Origin: a virus | Taxonomy: Duplodnaviria > Caudoviricetes | DNA: 63,271 nucleotides | Strand: one strand, 5' to 3' | IMG/VR virus record: IMGVR_UViG_3300023174_000169 | Location: 1 to 63,271 of that record | Part shown: positions 40,501 to 47,692 of the stretch, piece after piece | How positions within the stretch are numbered: position 1 is the first letter of the stretch | Layout of the letters: every line of letters starts with the position of its first letter | Position numbers and translations under genes: made by a program | Notes under the pieces: generated by a model | Told to the model about the DNA's origin: nothing | The model's database searches: none | The model's input: only the letters and a program-made list of their open reading frames with translations

Positions 40501-42243
40501 TCCGTTGTAATAAAACATCTTGCCTTGATTGATTTTACCTCTACGAATTAAAACTGTTTCTCCAAGTATAGAGTCAGTGTCGTTGACTGCTTTCAATGTA
40601 ATCTGTCTGTTGGCATTTTGTGTTATAAATTCAACTTGATAAATTTTATTATTTGCCAAACTGTCTGTATCAGCTACTACTAAAATTCTTGCTCCGTCGA
40701 ATACTGGTTCACCGTCAATACTATAGCCCGAGCTTCCCTCAATTTTAGAAAATACATCAGTGGTGTATGTGTCGATGTAATCAACAGTTGTTTTAGCAAT
40801 TGCACCAAATTGAAACAATTTTAAATTTGAAACAAATTCAATAATTGGTCGTTTGGCTCTAGTTGTTTCCACTGCGCTAAAATCGCTGCCTGACAATTTA
40901 TGAGACTGTTCAAGTATTGATCGGTGGAACCAACGATTGTATCGGCTCCACGGATTTAAATCTTTACTGCTTTTTGCAATTGTAATATAATCTTTGTATG
41001 CAGGATATGCGGATGCATCATCAAACGGGATGGTATCAAATCCATCGTTGTCAAACAATACCTCTGGTACATCTGACACAATTTTAGGAACCACTAGATC
41101 GTCAAAATTTGTTAGAGTAATTTTATCGCCAACACCTTCAATTAGCCAAGAACCAGACGCATATTTTTCAGGAGTAACTGCTCCTTCAAATTTAACAACC
41201 ATGCTGTTACTAAATGCAATTCCATTTCCGCTGGTGTAATTGGCTTTTCCTAAAACTTCTTTGTCAATGTTTATAGATGTTGCGTTTTCAATATCAGCAA
41301 TAACAAATCGGCCAAATCTGTTTGGATCTGTATTACTTTGATAAAATAACACATCCGGAGCATCATAGGGTACTTCAAAGGTCAACGTGCCGTTTTCAAT
41401 GCCGTTATTTTTTACACCCTTTGTATAATCTAATATTGTCGACACGGTTGCAGCTTCAACAAACTCCCAATCTTGAGAATCAATATCAATGGTGCTGCCG
41501 TCTGCTGAAGACACAGGAACTTTTGCTCTCCATAATGCACTGTTGAATATTGCTAATTCCCCTGCTGCATAATCTCTGTCAGGATAAAAAGTTAAAGATC
41601 CTTTGTCGTAAGAAGTTTTTATTACCATGCCGCTGCCAGGAGCATTCATAATAAACTTATAAACTTGTCCTCGATACAACGTCAATGTAGGATTGTTAGA
41701 GTACCCGTCTGGTGAAAATATGTAGGTAGAGCCTACACCTAATTTAACTCTATATGTACTGGTAATACCTACAGCTTGTCCTAAAATTTTAATTGCTGGC
41801 GGTCCACTTGGAACCCAGTAATATTCTCTGTAATTTAAAAACTTGTCCCAGTCAATAGGAGGTTTCCACGAATAGTGCTGTTGATAGTCAGTTAGGTGAT
41901 CTCTTTCTTCTGTGCTACCAAAGAATTTTAAAATATTTTTTAAATCAAGAAAATCATAAAAGTCATGGGTAACACCGTTTTGTCGAAATAACACACCGGG
42001 TTCTAATTGATATCTGCTACGCAATGTTTCGTCGGTATCTAGATAAACATCAGATCCGTTGTATGTTTTGCCGTATCTACGACCAACATACCCAACTGTT
42101 TTTTCTAAAGTACCTGGCTGAATTAGAGGATCAAATACTCCCGACAAAAATTTATCGTTGGCTTCTGTTTGAAAAACTGTAGGTAAAAACTCTACACTTC
42201 TTCTAATTGGTAATTGACTTTTAGGATATACGTTATCTGCCAT
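28540..42243 (-). CDS. giant (4567 aa) baseplate wedge / virion structural protein (positional T4 gp7 analogue)
   Basis: Directly follows the gp6-like gene. Contains FG-GAP-like blades, CBM5/12-like aromatic repeats, 'G.GY...P.I.I.G.G.GATA' repeats and 'VY.NG' Ig-like repeats. Confidence 0.75.
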   Translation of the reverse strand: MADNVYPKSQLPIRRSVEFLPTVFQTEANDKFLSGVFDPLIQPGTLEKTVGYVGRRYGKTYNGSDVYLDTDETLRSRYQLEPGVLFRQNGVTHDFYDFLDLKNILKFFGSTEERDHLTDYQQHYSWKPPIDWDKFLNYREYYWVPSGPPAIKILGQAVGITSTYRVKLGVGSTYIFSPDGYSNNPTLTLYRGQVYKFIMNAPGSGMVIKTSYDKGSLTFYPDRDYAAGELAIFNSALWRAKVPVSSADGSTIDIDSQDWEFVEAATVSTILDYTKGVKNNGIENGTLTFEVPYDAPDVLFYQSNTDPNRFGRFVIADIENATSINIDKEVLGKANYTSGNGIAFSNSMVVKFEGAVTPEKYASGSWLIEGVGDKITLTNFDDLVVPKIVSDVPEVLFDNDGFDTIPFDDASAYPAYKDYITIAKSSKDLNPWSRYNRWFHRSILEQSHKLSGSDFSAVETTRAKRPIIEFVSNLKLFQFGAIAKTTVDYIDTYTTDVFSKIEGSSGYSIDGEPVFDGARILVVADTDSLANNKIYQVEFITQNANRQITLKAVNDTDSILGETVLIRRGKINQGKMFYYNGSDWKLGQEKTKVNQPPMFDSFDEQGISFGDIDKYPVSTFAGTKIVSYKIGSGVADTELGFPLSYLNLDNVGDIEFNFDWDTQTVTYEIDRESYSVDISTGFFKFNDTGEFGNNWVETNNTYLQPIIDSVIVENPTNTVSFTTLNWQDITDDMSVEIYFYLNGKKLTSAWEQVAGTFTFSHTFSAKDVLVIKIFSDLVPNTGYYEVPVGLEKNPLNEILTTFTFGQATDHVSTGIEFSTEFSGVFPGASNLRDLVGYQNHNKRFLKHSSLAPASIALLVDKKLNIVKSIKYAKKAYSEFKNNFLKLSGEFEYNDDVPSTVDNILSALSKTKTSISPFNDSDMVGTGAYSVIEYTVEDVGIKTFSLSQHFDLKTQSTRAVYVYINGRQLINSKDYQFNESFPFVQLNVSLVEGDEIRIVEYGSTAFNHIPPTPTKLGIYKKYLPYKFLDDTYLEPRWMIQGHDGSLVPAFEDYRDDILLELELRIYNNLKEPYTESLFDIDRVLGGYYKSGIFSKSQVDEIISTEFLTWISDTTVDYTSNRYFDSENSFTYTYSNMLDPTSTQVLPGWWRGVYQWFFDTTRPHMCPWEMLGFSEKPTWWESEYGPAPYTSNNLILWEDLANGVIRQGPTAGVDSRYQRPGLLECIPVDANGKLISPLDSNLARGFSLINNQGDFKFGDSSPAEYAWRITSEYPFAVVIALCLLRPFEFIGQTFDRATIKRNILNQLVSSTTNKFINVDNLVLSATGGSKVSGLASYIVDFLLSQSLPSTQLQTRLESIDVGLTYRLSGFVDPQQQKFVLDSRSPNSTSSNIFIPFENQEIFFNVSAPINSITYSGVIIEKLENGWKLEGYDKQFPYFPYFFAISSVGNPTISVGGISENYLQWSPNKFYGNGVIIEYSNRYYRSLASHDSGSTFDITRWKLLPGLPKIGSTDAFKKSSFDYQSVLKMSYGTVLGTVQEVVDFLIGYEQYLISQGFKFGRYDSENKVTQDWTTSAKEFMYWTQHNWAVGSLLTLSPSAEKLDIDFSVGVLDNLLDSFYDYQVYRGDGNPLVPNFLNIKRGFQNVTIETTNTNEGIYFFKGYLVLKEHVAIFSDRTVFNDVIYDKTTGYRQERIKSRGFRTVDWDGDYTSPGFLFDNVSIAPWQPFVDYKLGDIVSYKAYNWVSQINQTGAEFFNDSHWSKLDSLPEKRLVPNFDYRINQFEDYYNLDSDGLSTSQRDLGRHAIAYQTRDYLQNLAEDDVTQFQLYQGFIREKGTKNAAVKIFDKISRSTEDSIVLNEEWAFNVGEFGGKDQLKEIEFAITRNDIQINPQPILIVTSIPSSVILDQYLRIPASQFTKADTPFTVNIIPTTTDVELQTAGYVKFDQIDYAVATIDDISNIDITSVADNDHIWVTFYKHSWTVFRVNIKPLLHITAISKVIKPTSTVEITFDRRHTFAVDDVIGIVDVTNLTGFFKIVSVSTYTISVQVSKTAIDPVADLSTLIKIYGLTESRFARASALSPDSAALLSAGAKLWIDQDDTGKWQVLEKNNVFLPKEITDYGTTIPLNAGSSVVYVENLRQTITGLPTRNLVVALVEGVTGLGSKQVISPDLTLYPLSNSSFGASVAVSPDNRWLVIGTPFASNIPTRFKGALDAVTNYNVGDIVLYAGKLWQAVTDKHGDSTIDITNGDWVPATIIDYDPVLGTGQNLYKQGLISIYQWANQTWNIYSSFVSPRPATGELFGSSIAIGKSGTEYYMTVSAPGSLDNTGRVYIYKFNGTQWAQNEDSNYRGIFDAHKRYPTGSIVWYDNRFWQATVDFVGDGSTIGVDEDATGAWTKIDPVPTQPDLPTHLAVNTDGSSLIDGSTLTEGPTGSTTLAELVKQDDAFGSSMALSRDGSILVIGSPNSDGVYFENYKGMYSPYIEYTKDDVVKVAGVYRKLTSDFSIAEDPAGLPWISVGDSSFYATGKVYIYQKDQYSIYRLKQTITSQSIANFSDLDKSEPINVGDQFGFSVDIDATGLNIVISSPLADINLQNQGSVYFFSAASLAAPEWRLKQKIESYEEYSNILFGFSVSISPGADRVVVGAKNAPYKASTYFMDNTTFDRNSTTFSEDKGYTGQVYSYERLDGKYFLAEKLQADLQTDESFGYSIDVSTSVIAVGSPAYKELGVPVGTVRLFKKANDVNSLGIIAQQDAVTDIEKIKNIILVDTVKNIKIADVDFIDHARLKILGIADAEINYKTPYDPATYTIGSDEQVVDSTTAWFEKQVGKIWWNLGTAKWVDYEQGDISYRTGNWNKLAQGASIDVYEWVETILQPSEWSALADTATGLANGISGQPLHPNNDVYSVKQLYNSATQQLTKTLYYYWVKASTIIPTDMPNRSLSAAGIQSLISNPAGSGLPIIAVLDSNKLLAYNFNSAITSENASVNIEFYRDSAVTNPVHREYLLMSENVADSVPNETLEQKWIDSLIGFDQAGNTIPDPKLSDKEKYGLSFRPRQSMFKDKAKILKIIIDNINGFLTSIPAADLIDFEYLKLADPLPSEKLNEYDIAVDTLVDLEQIGTIRVRQAVFHANIVNGEIDTIDIIDAGFGYKKAPYIQIEGTGKGATASITIDLQGRVDSIKILSRGKKYSSAIVKIRAYSVLVRQDKNLNNFWGIYSWDQDRQLFYRSKSQGYDTTKYWEYIDWWAEGYSASSRIIFEIPALYLEPTLSTKEGDLIKVKEFGTGGWAVLLRTADGQGEILKNYLMIGRENGTIYAKDSLFNKITTPIGFDNVAYYDAALYDLEPSTELRNILKAVKQNINIYGNGAGWNNLFFTSIRYAFSEQENLYWAFKTSFVNAVHNVGPLEQRVTFKNDNLPAYQKYLEEIKPYKTTIREYTSRYTNLDNTESTAIDFDLPPIYSAREGRIVPIDGAYNLLDQYPWKFWAEELGYAVVDIKIADAGAEYTSVPQIRIEGNGTGATAKAYISNGKVSGIKVTNSGKGYTLSPRVYVIGGNGSSTQIAKAVAILGETKARMFNVGMKFDRLTKTGLYKNFKHTQTLVASGRTSVFELHFAPTIDKNKISITKNNQLVLNSEYDISLYRLDTDAYQQLRGKIIFAQAPLGADPTIGRSADVIEITYEKNDELLDAVNRIHKYYAPSEGMAGEDLGQLMTGVDFGGVQVQGNTFEVTGGWDALPWFTDSWDSVESNNDVYIQVDGSTTTVTLPTPPAPNERISVYLQRAGNTKAMRIDDPHFNIAGDSAMVINPNALMPTIIGDGSTVTYAIDEYFNTYPGDTLIFRAFDSDGSVVINDPNLLDTNITGGTLAQMSGAYITATGKTAEELLVDGGKFIDPNQVPAPEENVPGQVLDTLSIKVFQTTVSGAAPLQNYVLTSDGVTNSYDIGITVPDDNSILVYVDKVLYEKTTNYFINYVTNKVVFNTIPATGSLIEIIAVGRGGINLLDYQEFVADGQTHLFLTKSLYSATQSVFVSVDGIEVDTGFRNSTVVSEETGAAIAPDYAIIDFAMTPDANQVIKIIALGTSANTDSSGLSLIRVNKQTIKHDGSTRSYELDRFIDLDRNSATSSMIVLLNNKKLKGPDTYYRIYDGSNNEIIVGQDPKANVTSVDVKVYINGIAQPFVTAYVFDGTTNKVIVNTAFLELQDVIKVEILNDAEYSVANNNIIIDATVALVVNDTLDITWFGEYPTFDIVSDVYTGGKVNYQLARQPLDLSYVWVYQNGTRLVSGRDYTVIVPRNIVYLNVPSTLNDRVEIVQFGNQIYKDPRAFEIHKDMLNITHYTRFAITKAVLTKDLRYYDTEIEVSDASNLAEPIRNRNIPGTVTIDNEKIEYMVKEGNVLKQLRRGCLGTAISELARAGTKVVSSGKEDTIPYIDTQEKESFVSDGSTLLIGPLPYVPVLSSRNDSFARVTIPNEYGPCDQLEIFVGGRRLLKDHLRVYDETLGASSPTADTVIEAEFTVDGTTPYVRLTKPVKEGLQVLIIRKVGRVWYDRAETTASKGITLLNNETAIAKFIDQKASELPE

Positions 42244-42245
42244 TT

Positions 42246-45200
42246 TTACATGCTCGTAGATGTTATAATTGAAGTTGGATTAGCTCCAATTTCTGATGCG
42301 TTGATGCTTGAAACTATTACAATATCATCAACTGTTGCCCCGCTAACAAAAATTTCGTCTGCTCTACTTTGTATTTCAAACAAACTACCAAACGATTGGC
42401 TGGCCTGTCTAGGAACAATTACCATATTGGAAATATCAGGTGCAGTTGCATTTATTACATAGGTTATCATTTCTGAAAGATAAAACTTATCACCAAAATC
42501 CCAATTGCTTACATCAAAGAATTCGTTGATTGCAGAAATAACCCTAACTTTTAAATCATTTGTGTTTATTGTTTTATTTGAATTTTTAACTATTTTAAAT
42601 TGTGCTTGAAGTTTTTCGTCTGCTTTTGAACCAAACAAAATTTTGTATGATACTGGATGATAAATGATATCATCACTAATTGATTTTATTAAATCTAGAT
42701 TTTGTCCAAACTTGATCAATAGACTATCTGAATTAGGAGGCTCAGGCAATGTAGTTGTTATTCCGCTTAGATAATTTCTAAATGTGGTATCGTATGATCT
42801 TGTTAGCAAGTACACATCCATGATATTACTTACACTTGGATCAATTCTGCGATCAACGTTAGCATTGTGAATGTATTGGAATTTTAATCCTGCACGGCCA
42901 ATATTAGCTCTATAACTACTTTCAATATTCAATGTGTTTGTTGTTCTATCAACACTTTTTACAACGTCCTCTGCACTATCATAAAAATATAATAGCTGTC
43001 CGTTTGCATAATCACCGATGACTGCTAGACTTTCTTTTTGTAAAGAAATGATAGTGTCATTGCTATTATCGATATACTCGTAGACTAGTGTACCTGTTAT
43101 ATCAACAGTTTGTTTAAAGAACAAAAATTTAAGATCTAGATCTTCGCCAACAATTTTTAAAAACTCATCTGGATCGTCAATTACACCGTCGTCATTAGAA
43201 TCAGCAAAGGCAATTTTAATTTCTTTTGTGCTTTGATACCCGTCTTCATATTTTATACTATCACTTACTTCAAATATAACATCTTGTTTTAAAGAGTCTA
43301 TCAATCCGCTATTTGTGTTGATACCTAACACTTTAATTTGATCTTTAATTACAGTATTGTTTAAGCTGTCATAGATTTTTTGATTTGAATCAAAATAAAA
43401 TCTATTTTTTTGTAAGCTGCCGAATACATATTCCATTGAACGGATACGAACAATATATCTATCAGGTTCTTTAACAAATGCAATGATCCACGAACTATCA
43501 ATGTTGGTACTGGTCAAATCTCCAGTCTTACCTAAACTAAAATCGCTGAGTAAGTCTAAATTTGCAGCAGTAATAATTTTCCAAGCTGCTTCAGTAACAT
43601 CATAACGAAGACCAAAATTTAAATTTGAAAATGCTAGGTTGACCATTTCTGCTTCTAATGCACTAGGCAATCTTGAAATAAATTTAGGCACGATTCTACT
43701 GGCAATTGCTCCCGATGGAACTGTTACATTTAAACTTACAGGGCCTTTACCAGATGTTAGAATTCCTCGTCCAGCGTTAGTTCCATCGCCTACTACTTTG
43801 ACAACTTTTGCCCAAATATAAGATACTTGAGTAGGGTCTGATAAATTTGCTGTTACTTTCTTTCCTTTCTTAAATGCATATCCCGTAGGTGCTATAAATT
43901 TAATTAAAGAATCTGGTTCTAGATATTTTAAAGTATTGTTGGTATAGACACCAGTCTTTAACAATGTAGTACCATCTGATTTTTCAAAATATCCTGTAGT
44001 TTCGTTGGTAACAGATGTGGTTTGATTCCAAACTGAAGTATTATCAATAAAGGAAATTTTTGTATATTTTGTTAGATAAAAATTATAAACATCGGTTCCT
44101 GAAATAATAGGATCAATGCTGTTTCTAATAAAATTATAAATGTCAATCTTGTTAGTGAATTTAAAATTTAGTGCAGTTTCAATTTGATTCTTATAAATCA
44201 GCCCATCGTCGGCAAATACGTCAACACTGGAATATTTTCCAGATGCGTCAATAATATCAAAGTTTCTAGAAATTCCGCTACTGGTTCTATTGATAGCTTT
44301 AACTTTTAAAATGTCTTGACTGCTAGCCAAAGGAGCAAGATTGTAGTCCTCTCCAGTGACCATTCTGTTTTGTGTGTAATATACCGCAGGAGCATTTGCT
44401 CGGATGCTGGTTATTGATTCAGTTGGTGCTGAAGTTGAAACTGTATATTTTAAACTCATACTGATAGACAATGTATGAGAAGCTCCTTGACTATTCACAT
44501 ACGGAATAGAGATACTGATTCCTCGCAAATCACTTGGAGCAATAGCATAACTTAGACCATTACTTACTCTATAATAAACTCTAAATGAGCCTTGTGGTAG
44601 ATTGCCGTATACGCCATCGGAAAACTGTAAATCAACTTTATCGTTTTCTCGTGTAATTACAGAATAGATGTTTTTTACGCTGTTCACTAAACTGTTATAA
44701 GCAATGTTATTTCCTGTCAATGCAGGAACTTGAGACCATAATGATTGCTGACTACCTGCGGCGCTTAAAGCGTACAACCATATGTCGTCATTGTTGATGC
44801 CTTCAGCATCAATCGATACTTTTTCATTTACTGTAGGAACAGCAATTGTAAAATCTGCTAGCTCTAAGCTGCCTTGTTTGAATAATAAAAAGAAACCGTT
44901 GTTGGCACTAGCTGGACCTTTTCCGTCATTCTTGTAAACAAATCCCAATTGATTTGCTGGCATAGGATCTTCTTCGTAGATATAATCCTTGCCTTTGAAC
45001 GAAGTACTTACTAATTCAAATGCCATTTTTCTGCCGGCCACTGTCTTTGAGAATGTGAAGATTGGAACATCTCTGTTGGCTGTTCTGAATCTATATTGCT
45101 CCGTTGGTATTCCGCTGATAGAGGCAGCGCCTTGGCTGCGGCCAAATTCAGTGTTGTCACTCATTGCGGCATTTAAAACTGTTAGGAACTGTTCGCTCCA

Positions 45201-45653
45201 ATTTGAATTTGTTGGATCGTTCCAAATAATAATTTGTTGCGCTAGATTTTTACCATTACTGTCCACAAGATTTTCTGTGGTACGCACAGTGTCAAATTTT
45301 AAAAGACCTTCTGAAGAGATATTTCTTTTTGCATTGTAGCTCAGCATACGTGCTAGACGTAGGACACTTTCTTTTCTTTCTGCTAATTCAATGAAATTTT
45401 CTCGGCTGGCTAAATCAATGCGGAAACTTAAACTTTGACCAAGGAACGCAATGGCGTCGATGAGGGCCATATACTCAGAACTTTCAATGTAATCATTGAA
45501 ATCTTCTGGATAATTTTCTCTAATATAATCAATCATCACACGACGAAGATTTTCAAAATCGTATGATTTAAAATCTGCGTTCTTGAATGTCTGGTAGATT
45601 CTAGTCCAGTCTTCGTTTAGTATTAGATTGTTTTGTCTTGTAGTGGCTGTCAT
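42246..45653 (-). CDS. gp6: baseplate wedge subunit, T4 gp6-like (long form)
   Basis: 'DFENLR..MIDY.....PEDFNDY.ESS...LID..A.......F......ENF..LA....SV..LA..LSY' and 'ESITSIRANAP..Y.TQNRMVT.EDY' are gp6/baseplate-J motifs. Confidence 0.85.
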   Translation of the reverse strand: MTATTRQNNLILNEDWTRIYQTFKNADFKSYDFENLRRVMIDYIRENYPEDFNDYIESSEYMALIDAIAFLGQSLSFRIDLASRENFIELAERKESVLRLARMLSYNAKRNISSEGLLKFDTVRTTENLVDSNGKNLAQQIIIWNDPTNSNWSEQFLTVLNAAMSDNTEFGRSQGAASISGIPTEQYRFRTANRDVPIFTFSKTVAGRKMAFELVSTSFKGKDYIYEEDPMPANQLGFVYKNDGKGPASANNGFFLLFKQGSLELADFTIAVPTVNEKVSIDAEGINNDDIWLYALSAAGSQQSLWSQVPALTGNNIAYNSLVNSVKNIYSVITRENDKVDLQFSDGVYGNLPQGSFRVYYRVSNGLSYAIAPSDLRGISISIPYVNSQGASHTLSISMSLKYTVSTSAPTESITSIRANAPAVYYTQNRMVTGEDYNLAPLASSQDILKVKAINRTSSGISRNFDIIDASGKYSSVDVFADDGLIYKNQIETALNFKFTNKIDIYNFIRNSIDPIISGTDVYNFYLTKYTKISFIDNTSVWNQTTSVTNETTGYFEKSDGTTLLKTGVYTNNTLKYLEPDSLIKFIAPTGYAFKKGKKVTANLSDPTQVSYIWAKVVKVVGDGTNAGRGILTSGKGPVSLNVTVPSGAIASRIVPKFISRLPSALEAEMVNLAFSNLNFGLRYDVTEAAWKIITAANLDLLSDFSLGKTGDLTSTNIDSSWIIAFVKEPDRYIVRIRSMEYVFGSLQKNRFYFDSNQKIYDSLNNTVIKDQIKVLGINTNSGLIDSLKQDVIFEVSDSIKYEDGYQSTKEIKIAFADSNDDGVIDDPDEFLKIVGEDLDLKFLFFKQTVDITGTLVYEYIDNSNDTIISLQKESLAVIGDYANGQLLYFYDSAEDVVKSVDRTTNTLNIESSYRANIGRAGLKFQYIHNANVDRRIDPSVSNIMDVYLLTRSYDTTFRNYLSGITTTLPEPPNSDSLLIKFGQNLDLIKSISDDIIYHPVSYKILFGSKADEKLQAQFKIVKNSNKTINTNDLKVRVISAINEFFDVSNWDFGDKFYLSEMITYVINATAPDISNMVIVPRQASQSFGSLFEIQSRADEIFVSGATVDDIVIVSSINASEIGANPTSIITSTSM

Positions 45654-45671
45654 TTTAGTTTCCTATCTTGA

Positions 45672-45679
45672 TATTTATC
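45672..45679 (-). promoter_or_regulatory. late promoter variant GATAAATA
   Basis: Intergenic, upstream of SD AGGA and ATG 45653. Confidence 0.55.
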
Positions 45680-45695
45680 GCCTAAAATAAACTGG

Positions 45696-46133
45696 TTAGT
45701 TTACTGAAAGATTACGTCTATCAAAGCCTAGCTGCATACGCTCGCTGATGTTAAACGGTAGATAAACTATCTCTGCTTCAATTCTTATTCCTTGGTCTGT
45801 GCTATCAACAATTACTGAATTTACAGCGATACGTGGATCATAATTTATAATCCTTTCAACATCTTCTGCAATTAGTTTTTTAACCTCGGGAGTAAAATTT
45901 TCAAATAATAAATCCCAAATAACAGTTCCAAAATCTGGGTTTTCAAGTTTTTCACCTTTTCGAATATGGAAGTGATTGACGATATCTTGTTTTACTAAAT
46001 CAATATCGTATTGTTTAAAACCTGTTTTTTGTTGGTTACTGTTGAAACCTTTATAGGTAAACGCAGTTACACTTTGATTTCCAACAGAAGCTGTATTTGT
46101 TGCTACGCTTTTTTGATTATATAATTTTGCCAT
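45696..46133 (-). CDS. gp25: baseplate wedge subunit, T4 gp25-like
   Basis: 'DIDLVKQDIVN.F..RKGEK...PDFG..IWDLLFE......I...V..II.YDPRI' is the gp25/GPW signature. Confidence 0.88.
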   Translation of the reverse strand: MAKLYNQKSVATNTASVGNQSVTAFTYKGFNSNQQKTGFKQYDIDLVKQDIVNHFHIRKGEKLENPDFGTVIWDLLFENFTPEVKKLIAEDVERIINYDPRIAVNSVIVDSTDQGIRIEAEIVYLPFNISERMQLGFDRRNLSVN

Positions 46134-47681
46134 TTAAACCTCTCTATCTGTTTGGTCAGGAGTAACAAAAGTTGGCACCATGTTTTCATGCAACGCCCAA
46201 GGTTCGTGCATTGGAATACGTTTCATGATGCTAGATACAGCATTGTCAGATTGATATTTTGTATCAGCCCATACTAAGGTGCCGTCTGTTGCAATATTGT
46301 CAATTACATCTAACGGTGTTACTAATAACGCTTTTGCTGCGGCAGCACTATTCATTTGAATTTTGCCTGCTGTTTCTCTATGTTCACCTGCACTGTTGAT
46401 ATGCGAAGTGCCTTTGGTAGTAAGTTTAATATCTCCTACTGCATTGGTATCTAACTTTCCTAATGTTGTAATTCGACCATCTTTACCTATATGTAAATTA
46501 AAATTAAATTTGCTTTCAATTTGTACTCTGCCGGCAGGTGATCCATTTGCATCAGTTTCTGCGGTGGCGCTGGCTTTGATGTTTACGTTGCGGCCTGCTT
46601 CTATGTTTACATCTCTATTAGCATAAAAATTAAAATCTTGTTGGGTGTGAATACTCACACTATCTTCCGCATAGATATCTATTTTGCCATTGCTGGTCAA
46701 TTCTATCCAAGATGTACCTTTAGCATTGCCGATGTAAATCAAATCTTCGCTGTTATGTAAGAGTATTTGATGTCCTGTTCTTGTTCTCAATCTAGCATAT
46801 TCATTGTAAGGAATATTTGGATCACCCGTTTCACCATTTAGAATATCTGCATACTCAACAGGGCCTTCGCCGGCAGGAGTTTTACGTTGATACTGATCAT
46901 CACCGTCGTCAAACACCAGTTGGGTACCGCCTAAACGGCTGACAAATACTGGCGAAGAAGATAGACTATTTTTTCTGCCCACGTAAGATTTTTTAGCACC
47001 ATCACGCTTGTCAAGAGGGCCAGGTGTTAAAATACCAAACACCATGCTAGGAACTTCTCTTCTAACTGTAGTAGTTGCTGGTCCCCTAACATCGTCTTCT
47101 AATGTTCCTGATTCTAGGAATCTATCAGCTATAGGATGTACTGGTCTTTTAATTTTATCTATGTCACCGCCTGTGGCAGAATCATTTATTTGACGATTTA
47201 CTTCTGCTACTGGCAAGGGTTGGCTTGTTGCATACTTGGCTTTGTCATCAGGCGAAATATCATTTACAGTAGTTGCACCAATCGCTGGAATCATGTTATT
47301 GGCAAATCTACTTGGGATACAGCCTATCCAGTAGCCTTGACTTGGATCTCCATCAATGAACATTACCATTACAGTAACACCAATGTCCGGTGGGCAGAAC
47401 CACATGCCATAGCTTTTTTGTGTGTCATTGAAAGCATCGGCATTGCCTTTATTAGAACCCATAAACTCGTATGCTGTGCTTCCATAGAAAGGCGTCATGT
47501 ATCTTACAGTATAAGTTTCTGTATCGTTACCTTGTTCGTTGGCTTGATCGCGAAGGATAGTCACTTCTAGGCCGCCCATGAAAGCAGGATCCAAGTGACT
47601 TATGACTTTTGCTAGAAACGGGCCAGCACCTATACCTTGCTGACCCTTTTGATTCTCTGGTGACCGTGATTCTGATGCCAT
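46134..47681 (-). CDS. baseplate central spike, gp5/VgrG-like (OB fold plus beta-helix, no lysozyme domain evident)
   Basis: 'GMWFCPPDIGVTVMVMFIDGDPSQGYWIG' OB-fold motif, 'RTRTGHQILL' and beta-helix-like C-terminal repeats; adjacent to gp25. Confidence 0.75.
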   Translation of the reverse strand: MASESRSPENQKGQQGIGAGPFLAKVISHLDPAFMGGLEVTILRDQANEQGNDTETYTVRYMTPFYGSTAYEFMGSNKGNADAFNDTQKSYGMWFCPPDIGVTVMVMFIDGDPSQGYWIGCIPSRFANNMIPAIGATTVNDISPDDKAKYATSQPLPVAEVNRQINDSATGGDIDKIKRPVHPIADRFLESGTLEDDVRGPATTTVRREVPSMVFGILTPGPLDKRDGAKKSYVGRKNSLSSSPVFVSRLGGTQLVFDDGDDQYQRKTPAGEGPVEYADILNGETGDPNIPYNEYARLRTRTGHQILLHNSEDLIYIGNAKGTSWIELTSNGKIDIYAEDSVSIHTQQDFNFYANRDVNIEAGRNVNIKASATAETDANGSPAGRVQIESKFNFNLHIGKDGRITTLGKLDTNAVGDIKLTTKGTSHINSAGEHRETAGKIQMNSAAAAKALLVTPLDVIDNIATDGTLVWADTKYQSDNAVSSIMKRIPMHEPWALHENMVPTFVTPDQTDREV

Positions 47682-47692
47682 TTATTTTCCTG

